Of a stretch of 64,000 bases of DNA, positions 46,635 to 55,931 are shown piece by piece; position 1 is the stretch's first letter; each line of letters opens with the position of its first letter. Both the position numbers and the translations under genes were made by a program. The stretch comes from Fibrobacterota bacterium (lineage in GTDB: Bacteria; Fibrobacterota; Fibrobacteria; UBA11236), in assembly GCA_028287465.1 (NCBI GenBank), contig JAQBPO010000064.1, positions 72,249 through 136,248 on the forward strand. The letters are read 5' to 3'. Under the pieces are notes generated by a model that was not told the origin of the DNA, did no database searches, and worked only from the letters and a program-made list of their open reading frames with translations.

Positions 46635-47840
46635 TCAGGCCGCGTCGAACACGGCGACGCATTCCACGTGGCGCGTATGCGGGAACATGTCAACGGGCGA
46701 CACCGAGACCAGGCGCATGGATCCCTCCAGGGCGCGCGCGTCCCGGGCCAAGGTGGCGGGATTACAGGATACGTATACCAGGCGGGCCGGACGCATGCGG
46801 CCCAAAGCGTCCCGCACGGGCACCTCAAGGCCTTTGCGCGGCGGGTCCACGATGACGGCGTCGGCGGAGGAGATGGCGTCCCCGGGGAGACCGGCCGCTG
46901 AAAGGACGCGTCCGGGATTCTCAAGGGCCTCCGCCACGTCGGCGGTCAGAAAGCGGACGTTACCGGCGCCGTTTCCGGTGGCCGCGTCCTTGGCCGCCTG
47001 TACGGAGGCCGCGTTTTCCTCGATGCCGAGGACGGAGCCCGCGCGGCGCGAGGCCCATAAGGCGATGGAGCCGATCCCGGAAAAGAGGTCCAGGGCCTTG
47101 GCCCCTTCGGGCACCGCTCCGGCCGCAAGGTCGTAAAGGCGGGGGGTCTGGAACGGATTGACCTGGAAGAAGGTGGACATGCCCACCTGGAACAGGAAGG
47201 GACCGAGCTGCTCGCGGAGATGGGGACGGCCCCACCACAAGCGTTCCTCGCCGCCCAGCACCACGTTGGTGCGCTCGGCGTTGATGCTCTGCACGATGCC
47301 GACCAGTTCGCCGCCTTCAGGAATGGATGCGAGCGCCTCGCGGCACCGGCGCAGCAGATCGGGGATCAGATCGCGCGGTCCCGCGCCAGGGCCGTTGGTC
47401 ACGAGTCCCAGCAGGATTTCGCCCGTGCCGGCGCCTTTGCGCAGCAGCAGGTGGCGGAGCCATCCTATCCGGACACCCTCCTGATAGACCGGGACATTGT
47501 TCTCCATGGCCCAGTCCCTGACCGCCCAGGCCACGCGGGACAATCCGGGCTCCTGCACCAGGCATTCGCTTTGATCGACGACCATGTGGGACCCAGCGGC
47601 GAAGCAGCCGACCGTGACCGCCAGGGAGTATCCCCGGTTTTCCAGGCCGAAAGGCAATTGCACCTTGTGGCGATACCCTTCCGTTCGCGGACTGGGGAGA
47701 ATGGGATCGATGCGCAGGCCCGGCCAGGCGGAAAAATGGCGCCGCAACTCCTCTTCCTTGAGGATCAGTTGCGACGGGTAATCCTGATCCAGGATCTGGC
47801 AGCCGCCGCAGACGGGGAAATGGGAGCAGGGCGAATCCAT
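46635..47840 (-). CDS. rlmD: 23S rRNA (uracil-C5)-methyltransferase RlmD/RumA family
   Basis: Fe-S Cys cluster CSHFPVCGGCQ. SAM motifs DLFSGIGSIAL and VDPPRKG. C-terminal YVSCNPATLARD and PVDMFPHTRHVECV. Confidence 0.7.
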   Translation of the reverse strand: MDSPCSHFPVCGGCQILDQDYPSQLILKEEELRRHFSAWPGLRIDPILPSPRTEGYRHKVQLPFGLENRGYSLAVTVGCFAAGSHMVVDQSECLVQEPGLSRVAWAVRDWAMENNVPVYQEGVRIGWLRHLLLRKGAGTGEILLGLVTNGPGAGPRDLIPDLLRRCREALASIPEGGELVGIVQSINAERTNVVLGGEERLWWGRPHLREQLGPFLFQVGMSTFFQVNPFQTPRLYDLAAGAVPEGAKALDLFSGIGSIALWASRRAGSVLGIEENAASVQAAKDAATGNGAGNVRFLTADVAEALENPGRVLSAAGLPGDAISSADAVIVDPPRKGLEVPVRDALGRMRPARLVYVSCNPATLARDARALEGSMRLVSVSPVDMFPHTRHVECVAVFDAA

Positions 47841-47935
47841 GGGGTTTGCTATGAAGATGCAAAACCTGCGCCGCAACGGCAATGCGCGCCCGTAGGGGGG
47901 CGCGCATGAGGAACCGGATTACGGGGAATGGGGGA

Positions 47936-49006
47936 TTAGCGGACTACGACCAGGCCGGAAGCGGAGGGGCCCTGGGAAGCCGTGCGCCAGTAGTAGACTC
48001 CGGGGGCCGCCGCATGGCCGGCCGCATCCAGGCGATCCCATTCCGCCGCGGCGGAGTTGCCGGCGCCCAAGGTCCTGACCAGGCGGCCGGAGCGATCGAA
48101 GATGGCGACGGGCGAAGCCTTGACGGCCGAGTTCAGGGCGACCCGGGGCTTGAGGCCCGCGGTAACCGGCGTCCCGATGGTCAGGTTGGTGGTGATGGTG
48201 CAGCTGGAGGAGGCGGTATGGCGTTCCGCGAAGAAGAAGTCGAAGGGATAGCTCTTGCCGCTTTCAAGCCCAAGGGCCCCCTTGAGGGAATCCAGGTTGA
48301 CGGTGGCGGTCTGCAGGGCATGCACGCCGCCCAGGTCGGCCACGCGCTTCCCGTTCAGGAACAGCCAGATATCGTCGTCGCCGGAAATGGTGACCAACTG
48401 GCCCTGTCCTTCCGTATAGGTGAAGTTGGTGTGCAACTCCATGGTGAACCCGTAATCGTGCTGGGACAGGTCGACGCCGTCCACGGTTCCGGTCTGGAGA
48501 TGCCCGAACGTTCCTTCCGCCGGATTCACCTTGGTGAAGGTGTTGCCGTTATCGATGGGGAAGAAGGTCTTGTCGCCGAAGGTATAGGCGCCCTTGGCTT
48601 CGTCCCAGTCGAAGCGCATGTCGACGAGGAAAGCGCGATTGATCCCCGGCTTGTCGGAGAACCAATCGGAGAAGCGATCGACGGGGGAATAGCACTTGGC
48701 CAAACTCGAGGGCAGGGAGTCCACGAGCTTGGGGTTCCGGTTGTCGCCGACGAAGGCGCCTCCGTCCGCGGGCCCGTTCACGTCCAGATCGGGCTGCACG
48801 GTATTGACGCCGAGCTCCTGGGCGCTGCAGCCGTTCCCGTTGTTGAAATGGGGATGCGCCCCGGCGGTATCGCTCGGGCTGATCTCCTTGAAGTCGCGGA
48901 CCTTGGCCGTGACCGAGACGGCATTATGGGTTTGCGCCGAGACGGCGGCAACGCAGCAGAACAGGGCGCAGAAGGTCGGTACCATTGAAGGCATGTTTGT
49001 TTTCAT
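47936..49006 (-). CDS. secreted fibro-slime domain protein with a T9SS-type C-terminal sorting domain
   Basis: Signal peptide. ISGDDDIWLFLNGKRVADLGGVH...YPFDFFFAERH. CTD VAIFDRSGRLVRTL...WDRLDAAGHAAAPGVYYWRTAS. Confidence 0.65.
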   Translation of the reverse strand: MKTNMPSMVPTFCALFCCVAAVSAQTHNAVSVTAKVRDFKEISPSDTAGAHPHFNNGNGCSAQELGVNTVQPDLDVNGPADGGAFVGDNRNPKLVDSLPSSLAKCYSPVDRFSDWFSDKPGINRAFLVDMRFDWDEAKGAYTFGDKTFFPIDNGNTFTKVNPAEGTFGHLQTGTVDGVDLSQHDYGFTMELHTNFTYTEGQGQLVTISGDDDIWLFLNGKRVADLGGVHALQTATVNLDSLKGALGLESGKSYPFDFFFAERHTASSSCTITTNLTIGTPVTAGLKPRVALNSAVKASPVAIFDRSGRLVRTLGAGNSAAAEWDRLDAAGHAAAPGVYYWRTASQGPSASGLVVVR

Positions 49007-49322
49007 TTGAATTCACTCCGTTTGCGGGAGGTCCTTCAGGGCCTCACCAGATTGTTTGGCGCGGGACGGTGGGCGCCGAAATTCCCCGCCTCCCGTACCG
49101 AAAATAAACTCCGCAACCCGGGCAAGGGAATTATTTGTAGGGAAAATCCGACATGTCCCGAGGACGGATTCGGGCATTTTGCGGTCGCTTTTTCCGCATT
49201 TACGGGACATGGCAAGAGATTCGGCTTGCCCGGCAACGCCCGGTTACATATGGGGAAAATGTGTCCCTACGCAGGAGGACGGGGCCCGGTTCGGGGCGAC
49301 ACGCGGCGGTTACCCCTTGGGA

Positions 49323-51257
49323 TCAGGAGGCTTCGCGGGCCGCGTCGAGGACGGCCCTGACCTTGGCGGCCAGCTGCGCAGGGGAGAACGGCTTCTCCAG
49401 GAACGCATCGGCCGGAACGACGATGCCGCGGTCGGCCAGGCTTTCCAGGGAATGCCCGGAAATGAAAACGGCGCGCAGCCCCGGCTTCAGGGCCTGGAGC
49501 GCTTCCGCCAATTCGTCCCCGCCTTCGCCGCGCAGCATGATGTCCGTGACGACCAGATCCACCTCGTCCGGTCGCTGGGTAACGAGGTCCATGGCTTCCG
49601 CCGAGGATGCGGCCTCGAGCAAGCCGAATCCGTAACGCTCGAGGATGGTCACCAGCATCTCGCGAAGGCTCGGTTCGTCTTCCACGACCAGGATGGTTTC
49701 GCGGTTCGGCCGCGCTCTCCAGGCCGTTTCTCCGGATGAGGGCTCCTCCGGCGCCGTCTGCACGGTCGCGAGCGCCAGCAGAATCCGGAACCGGCTTCCC
49801 CGGCCCGGCCCGCTTTCCACGGAGATCCCGCCGCGGGCCTGGCTGACTATGCCGTAAACGGTGGCCAAGCCCAATCCCGTGCCGCGTCCGCCGCGCTTGG
49901 TGGTGAAGAACGGTTCGAACAGGCATTCCAGGGTTTCCCTGTCCATCCCCGTCCCCGTGTCCTCGATGGTGATCGAGACATGCTCGCCCGTACCGGAAGC
50001 GAGATGGGTGAAGGCCTCGGATCCATCCACATCCGCCAATCGGGTGCTCAGGGTCAGGATGCCGCCCTCGGGCATGGCATCGCGGGCGTTGACGGTGAGG
50101 TTGAGGATCAATTGTTCCAGTTGCCCCGGCTCCAGGCGGACCGCCGATTCACCCGCGTCCAACCGCAGGCGGAACTCGACCCGATCCCCGATCAAGCGTT
50201 GGAGCACGGGAGCCATTTCCGTGATGGCCGCGTCAACGCCCACGGTCCGGGCCTCATCGCCCTCGGAACGGCTGAAGGACATCAGGCTGCGCGTCATGGC
50301 GGCAGCGGTATCCCCCGCCCTGCGGATGGCCTTGAGGCCAGAGGCGATGGGGCCTTCCACGCCGGAAAGGCTCAGCAGATGCTCGCTATAACCGTTGATG
50401 GCGGTGAGCAGGTTGTTGAAATCATGCGCCACGCCCCCGGCCAGGCGGCCCAACGCTTCCATCTTGAGGGATTGCCTGACAGGCTCGGACCGGGAAGGAT
50501 CGCCTTCGACGCCGGATTCCTGCCCGCCTTCGTTATGTTCCATGGAGGCGAGGTACAGGGCCACCGCGGGGGCATCATTGAGCATCGCGCCCTTGACGAA
50601 CACCCGGCACCGCGTGGCCGGTCCATCCGGCCGTTCCAGGCGCGCGGTGAAACGGGATTCCGGGATCTCCCCGGCCGCGGCGTCCAGGGCCTTTTCCAGG
50701 GCGGGCCTGGCGTCTTCCGGGAAGAGCTCGAGGATGGAGGCCTCGGCCAATCCGGCCTCCCCGCGGCCGAGGATTTCCAGGCTCACGGGATTGGCCATGA
50801 TGACGCGGCGGCCGGCCGCCAAAATGATCCCGATGGGCGCCGAATCGAACAGGGCGCGGAAACGCCGAGCCTCCGCCCGGGAACGCAGGACGGCCTGGCG
50901 CAGGGCCTGGGCCAAGGCTCCCCCATCCAATCCGTCCTTGTCCAGGCAGGCTTGGGCCCCTTCGATGATGAGGGTTTCGGCCAGGGCCGGATCGCCTCCG
51001 TTAGTCAAGGCCACCATGGGGGCGCCCGGGAGGATGGCGGCGGCGCGCCGGAATCCTTCGGGACCCTTGGCATCGGGAAGCGAGAGGTCGAAGAGGACCG
51101 CGTGGATGCCTCCTGAGGCGCGCGCTTGCGCGGCCAGGGCGGAGGCTTTGGAAAGCTTGTCCGCATGCACCACGGTAAAACCGGGTTGGGCGGAGAGCAA
51201 TGCCCTGGCGATCCCGCCCCTGCCTTCAATCAACAGAACGCTCAGGTTTTCCGGCAT
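49323..51257 (-). CDS. hybrid histidine kinase with receivers at both ends (REC-PAS-HisKA-HATPase-REC)
   Basis: H-box LKMEALGRLAGGVAHDFNNLLTAINGYSEHLL, nearly identical to the kinase at 27.8-31 kb. C-terminal REC ILVVEDEPSLREM...LVVTDIMLRGEGG. Start placed at MPENLSVLLIEG. Confidence 0.75.
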   Translation of the reverse strand: MPENLSVLLIEGRGGIARALLSAQPGFTVVHADKLSKASALAAQARASGGIHAVLFDLSLPDAKGPEGFRRAAAILPGAPMVALTNGGDPALAETLIIEGAQACLDKDGLDGGALAQALRQAVLRSRAEARRFRALFDSAPIGIILAAGRRVIMANPVSLEILGRGEAGLAEASILELFPEDARPALEKALDAAAGEIPESRFTARLERPDGPATRCRVFVKGAMLNDAPAVALYLASMEHNEGGQESGVEGDPSRSEPVRQSLKMEALGRLAGGVAHDFNNLLTAINGYSEHLLSLSGVEGPIASGLKAIRRAGDTAAAMTRSLMSFSRSEGDEARTVGVDAAITEMAPVLQRLIGDRVEFRLRLDAGESAVRLEPGQLEQLILNLTVNARDAMPEGGILTLSTRLADVDGSEAFTHLASGTGEHVSITIEDTGTGMDRETLECLFEPFFTTKRGGRGTGLGLATVYGIVSQARGGISVESGPGRGSRFRILLALATVQTAPEEPSSGETAWRARPNRETILVVEDEPSLREMLVTILERYGFGLLEAASSAEAMDLVTQRPDEVDLVVTDIMLRGEGGDELAEALQALKPGLRAVFISGHSLESLADRGIVVPADAFLEKPFSPAQLAAKVRAVLDAAREAS

Positions 51258-51465
51258 CGGCCTTCCGCTCCTTGGCAGGCCCGTCCGGCCGACCTTGGGA
51301 TATACGCTTGCAAACCTTACCATAGGCGGAACGGGCGCTTCAACGGGATTGCGGGGTCATCGGGCGCGGAATCGGGTCCGGGAACGCCCGAAAATGGCGT
51401 AACGAGGGCTTGCGGGGACCTCGGGAAAAAGCGATGCGGAGGAGCGGACGGGGCGGGACCCGGTC

Positions 51466-54117
51466 TCAGGGCCAGGGGTGTTTCGGATAGCGGCGCTTAA
51501 GCTCCTTTTTGACCTCGGGATAAGTGTTGATCCAGAAGCTCGACAGGTCCGAGGTCTTCTGGACCGTTCGATAGTTGGGAGCCAGGATATCGTATACGAT
51601 CTCCACCTTGCCCTCGAGGATGGAGGTCCGGCCTTGCATGCCGACGAAATCCCCCAGCCGGGCGGAAAGCTCCGGTGGCGCGTTCTCGAAATAGGTGAGC
51701 TTGCCCATCCGGCCCCCCGCAAGCTTCAGGGAGACCGGCGCGGCCTTGTCCACGAAGGAGGCCAGGGAATCCCCGAGGTACTCCCGTAACGCGCGCGATA
51801 CGGAGGCCGATTCCAGATCCCGCACCGAGGATCGGCCTTCGCAGATCTCATGGTAGATGAGGCGCCAATCCTCCTCGTCCAGCTTGGGCAGGCCGTATTC
51901 CGGGAAATGCTTCGCGGCGAGGCGGATGCGCTGGACCCATTGCTTCGCCTCGTCGTCGAAATTGGGGAGCTCGATTTCGCCGGATACGAGCCGGTCCACC
52001 AGCAGGCGCTCGGACTCTTCCGGGCTGAGCACTCCGTCCTTGAGGGTCTTGCGCTCTAGCGCCAGCCCCCGGAAGAGCAGGTGCTCCTCCTGTGTCACGC
52101 GCCCGCGCGCCTCGTCCCATCCGCCCACCTTGGCCCAGCGGCACTCTCCCGGAAAGGCATCCTCCACCCAGGCGGGCTCGCAGGGAAGCAGCATGGGGAT
52201 GCCCACCTGCCGGTTCTGGTTGGCGCCGCCGGTCTCGTGCAGCTCCAGCGCCAGGATCACGCTTATGTTGGCGGGCACCTGCCCGGATTCGACCACGCCC
52301 TTGCGCCCGTCCGCCAGCAGGAAACTCAGGGACTTGTCCGCGCGCACGGCGATGCGATCCTGGAATGGGACGATCCAGCACCGGGTGGCCGCGGCGCGCA
52401 GCCGATCCTCCTCCTGTTGCGGAGTCAGGCGGTGCGTGGACGGAACGCCGCCCTTGCCCGCCGGAACCGTCCCGGCCCGATCTCCCTGCGGGAGCCCTCC
52501 CACCGCGGGGGCCTTGTCGAGAAGGCGCAACAACTGCTTGTAGGATTCCCGGGTCTCCCGATCGAACCGGCGCGCCTCCACGTCCGTGGCCAGATCGATG
52601 CCCAAGGCGAACAGATCCGCCGGGGCCCCCTTGGCCCTTCGCGTCTGGGATTCCAGGACGGCCGCCATGGCCGCGGCCTGGGGACCCACGCCCGCGCGTT
52701 TCGCGTCGAGCAGGACCCGCGCCAGCACCGGATGGGCCGGGAACCGGACCAGGGTGCGCCCGATGTCCGTGATCCGGCTGCCGCCCGCGGCGGGAACGCC
52801 GTCCGCGGCGGCGACGCCGGCGCCCCCCGTAACGGACGCGCCTCCCCCCTCGGTACCGGGGGCGGTACCCCCTGAGGGCAGGATGGCGCCGATGCGCTCC
52901 AGGGACTTCTCGGCCTTGTCCCACAAGGGCCGGGCGGGAGGCGTGAGCCAGGGGATCAGCATGTCCCCTTCCGTCCCGGAAGCCTTATTGATGCGGCCGA
53001 AGCGATCGGCCAGGGAATGGAGGGAGAGCACCATGTCCGTGGGCTCCACGCGCAGGATTTCCGGATCGAGCGCGGCGGGCATGGCGCGCTCGCGGTCCGC
53101 GCTCCATAGGCGGATGCAGGTTCCCGGCGCCGTGCGGCCGGCGCGGCCCGCCCTCTGGCGGGCGTTCTGCAGGCTGATGGAACCGAGGTAAAGCGTATTC
53201 ATGTCCCTTTGGGTGCTGTACGCGGCGATGCGCGCCTGCCCGGAGTCGATCACCACCGTGATCCCGGGGATGGTCAAAGAGGTCTCCGCCACGTTCGTGG
53301 ACACGATTACGCAGGTCCCGGATTGCGGCGCGCGCAGGGCGCGCTGCTGGGCTTCCATGTCCATGGAGCCGTGCAGTTCGAAAAGGCCGATGCCGTGCTG
53401 GCGGCAAAGCGGATCGAATGCCTCCAGGGTTCGGCGGATCTCGCCTTGGCCGGGCATGAAGATCAGTACGGATCCGGAGAGGCCCTGGGACAGGAGCCGT
53501 TTGAATGCGCGCAGGGCCTGCAGGTTCATGGGCTCCTGGGTCATGGGGGGCTGATGGGATATTTCGACCGGGAAGGTCTCCGCGGCCACCTCGATGAGGG
53601 GGGCGGGCGCCAGGTAAGCCTTGAGGCCTTCCAGTTCCAGGGTCGCGGACATCACCACCATGGCCAGATCCGGCCGCGCGTGGGCACGCAGCCGCTTCAG
53701 CCAGGCCAAGGTGGCGTCCGCCTCCAGGGTGCGTTCGTGGAATTCGTCCAGCAGGACGGTGCCGATGCCTTCCAGGAGAGGGTCGCCCAGCAATTGCTGG
53801 AAGAACACGCCGTAGGTCTGGTAGAGGATGCGCGTATCCTCCTTGGATTTCCCTTCGAAGCGGACCTGGTATCCGACCGTGCCGCCCACCGCCTCGCCCA
53901 TCTCCTCGGCCACGCGCAAGGCCAGGTTGCGGGCCGCGATGCGCCGGGGCTGGAGCACCAGGATCTTCCCGGGCCTGTCCAGCAGGTAACGCGGGACCTG
54001 GGTGGACTTGCCCGTTCCCGGCGGCGCGCACAGGATGAGGACCCGGTCACGGGCGACCGCATCGACGATGGCCTGCCGGTGGGCGAGGATGGGGAGGACG
54101 GGAAGGTTCATGGACAT
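51466..54117 (-). CDS. hrpB: ATP-dependent DEAH-box helicase HrpB with a Gly/Ala-rich insertion
   Basis: Motif I CAPPGTGKSTQVP, motif II LLDEFHER and an HrpB-type C-terminal region. The insertion is GGTAPGTEGGGASVTGGAGVAAADGVPAAGGS. The start is ambiguous between MSMNL at 54117 and MNL at 54111. Confidence 0.75.
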   Translation of the reverse strand: MSMNLPVLPILAHRQAIVDAVARDRVLILCAPPGTGKSTQVPRYLLDRPGKILVLQPRRIAARNLALRVAEEMGEAVGGTVGYQVRFEGKSKEDTRILYQTYGVFFQQLLGDPLLEGIGTVLLDEFHERTLEADATLAWLKRLRAHARPDLAMVVMSATLELEGLKAYLAPAPLIEVAAETFPVEISHQPPMTQEPMNLQALRAFKRLLSQGLSGSVLIFMPGQGEIRRTLEAFDPLCRQHGIGLFELHGSMDMEAQQRALRAPQSGTCVIVSTNVAETSLTIPGITVVIDSGQARIAAYSTQRDMNTLYLGSISLQNARQRAGRAGRTAPGTCIRLWSADRERAMPAALDPEILRVEPTDMVLSLHSLADRFGRINKASGTEGDMLIPWLTPPARPLWDKAEKSLERIGAILPSGGTAPGTEGGGASVTGGAGVAAADGVPAAGGSRITDIGRTLVRFPAHPVLARVLLDAKRAGVGPQAAAMAAVLESQTRRAKGAPADLFALGIDLATDVEARRFDRETRESYKQLLRLLDKAPAVGGLPQGDRAGTVPAGKGGVPSTHRLTPQQEEDRLRAAATRCWIVPFQDRIAVRADKSLSFLLADGRKGVVESGQVPANISVILALELHETGGANQNRQVGIPMLLPCEPAWVEDAFPGECRWAKVGGWDEARGRVTQEEHLLFRGLALERKTLKDGVLSPEESERLLVDRLVSGEIELPNFDDEAKQWVQRIRLAAKHFPEYGLPKLDEEDWRLIYHEICEGRSSVRDLESASVSRALREYLGDSLASFVDKAAPVSLKLAGGRMGKLTYFENAPPELSARLGDFVGMQGRTSILEGKVEIVYDILAPNYRTVQKTSDLSSFWINTYPEVKKELKRRYPKHPWP

Positions 54118-54326
54118 GCAGTCTAAGGTCTTAAAAGTGGGGAGGCATGCCAAGGTTGAAGGACCGCTCGGGGTTTTACTTCAACTTTACCCGCATACCG
54201 CGCGTTCCCGGGCCGCAAGAGGGCGCCGGACAAGGCCTTACCTACCGTCGTATGGTTGTATTCGGGCCCGCCATATTGCGATAATGAAGCCGAAGCAAAG
54301 CACCCGCGCCAACCTGGAAAGAAATC

Positions 54327-55103
54327 GTGGATATAACAACAATCATGGGCCCGGTCGTCGCCATCGGCATGATCCTGCTCGGGATGATCCTGGAAGGCGG
54401 GCATGTCCAGTCCCTGATCCAGCTGACGGCCTTCATGATCGTGGGAGGCGGCACGGCCGGAGCCATCCTCGCCAGCTTCCCCCTGGACCATACCGTCCAG
54501 GCCTTGAAGGCGCTCAAGATCTGCATCATCCCCCCCAAGTCGGATCACGAAAAGGTCATCGCCGAGCTGACCGAACTCTGCCAGTTCGCGCGCAAGAACG
54601 GCATCATGGCCCTCGAAGGCAAGGCCAAGGCGCACCCGGACGCGTTCACGCGCAAGGGATTGTCGCTCGTGGTGGACGGCATCGATCCCGCCATGCTCCT
54701 GAGCATCATGGAAACCGAGCTGGAGACTTTCGAAGAGCACGCCAAGATCCCCATCCCCGTCATGGAAGGCGGCGGCGCCTACGCGCCCACCGTCGGCATC
54801 ATCGGCGCCGTGCTCGGCCTTATCCACGTGATGTCCAATCTGGACGATCCTTCCAAGCTGGGAGGCGGCATCGCCACCGCCTTCGTGGCCACGATCTACG
54901 GCTTGACCATCGCGAACGTCATCGCCCTGCCCCTCGCCTCCAAATACAAGATCCGCGTGGCCCAGATGGTCCACGAGAAGAACATGATCCTGCAGGGCCT
55001 GGTGGCCCTCCAGAACGGCGAGAACCCCCATTTCCTGAGCCAACGCCTCCGGGCCTTCCTCCCCGGCGGCGGGCATGGGGCCAAAGAGGGCGCGGCGCAC
55101 TGA
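54327..55103 (+). CDS. motA: flagellar-motor-type stator protein MotA/PomA (MotA/TolQ/ExbB proton-channel family)
   Basis: 258 aa with 4 TM. N-terminus MDITTIMGPVVAIGMILLGMILEGG. C-terminal TM pair GAYAPTVGIIGAVLGLIHVM...ATAFVATIYGLTIANVIALPLA. Confidence 0.7.
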   Translation: MDITTIMGPVVAIGMILLGMILEGGHVQSLIQLTAFMIVGGGTAGAILASFPLDHTVQALKALKICIIPPKSDHEKVIAELTELCQFARKNGIMALEGKAKAHPDAFTRKGLSLVVDGIDPAMLLSIMETELETFEEHAKIPIPVMEGGGAYAPTVGIIGAVLGLIHVMSNLDDPSKLGGGIATAFVATIYGLTIANVIALPLASKYKIRVAQMVHEKNMILQGLVALQNGENPHFLSQRLRAFLPGGGHGAKEGAAH

Positions 55104-55130
55104 GCGCGCCCGTCCCGAACATTCAAGCAC

Positions 55131-55931
55131 ATGGCCAGGAAGCACAAACACCCGGAACACGTCAACCACGAACGTTGGCTCGTCTCCTACGCGGATTTCA
55201 TCACCCTTCTCTTCGCCACCTTCACGGCGCTCTACGCGCTCAGCAAGGCGGACGCGAACAAGGCCAAGGTCGTGGCCGATGGCCTGCGCGAGGCCTTCGG
55301 CGTCAGCGGCGCCAAGATGGTCAATATGGAGGCCCTGGACGTCAACGGCATCCCATCGGACAAATCCCGCCTTCCCAAAGGCGAAGGCAACGAGAACAAG
55401 ACCGAGCCTTCCACCAAGGAGGCCGGCAAGCAGGAGTTCGAGGAAATCAAGAAGGCGGTCGAGGAGTTCCTCATGACCAAGGGCATGCTCAACAAGGTCT
55501 CAATCGATCAGCAGGAACGTGGCCTGGTGGTCAGCCTGAAGGAAGCGGGATTCTTCGAATCGGGGAACGCGGACGTGAAGGACGGTGCCCTGCCCATTCT
55601 GGCGGAGCTGGCCGAGAAGATCAAGCAGTACCGGAATCCCGTCCGCATCGAGGGCCATACCGACAATGTCCCCATGAGCTCGCGGACCTATCCCACCAAT
55701 TGGGAGCTGTCCTCCGCGCGCGCGACCAACATGGCCCGGGTGCTTACGGACCGGTTCAAGGTGCCGCCGGGCAAGATGTCCGCCACCGGCTACGGGGAGT
55801 TCCGGCCCAAGACCTCCAACGACACCCCCGCGGGCCGCGCCCGCAACCGCCGCGTCGATATCGTGATCCTGTCCGGCAAGGCCGAGGAATCCGAGCCCGA
55901 GACAATCATGGACGATAATGGGGGTGTCTGA
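55131..55931 (+). CDS. motB: MotB-like stator protein with an OmpA-like peptidoglycan-binding domain
   Basis: N-terminal WLVSYADFITLLFATF TM. OmpA-like RIEGHTDNVP...ELSSARATNMARVL...RNRRVDIVIL. Confidence 0.7.
   Translation: MARKHKHPEHVNHERWLVSYADFITLLFATFTALYALSKADANKAKVVADGLREAFGVSGAKMVNMEALDVNGIPSDKSRLPKGEGNENKTEPSTKEAGKQEFEEIKKAVEEFLMTKGMLNKVSIDQQERGLVVSLKEAGFFESGNADVKDGALPILAELAEKIKQYRNPVRIEGHTDNVPMSSRTYPTNWELSSARATNMARVLTDRFKVPPGKMSATGYGEFRPKTSNDTPAGRARNRRVDIVILSGKAEESEPETIMDDNGGV

Noticed and set aside
49011-49322. Inverted repeat catgtcccg ... cgggacatg in the fibro-slime gene promoter region
   Set aside because: The 9-bp arms are about 50 nt apart. That could be chance in GC-rich DNA, and there is no supporting conservation.
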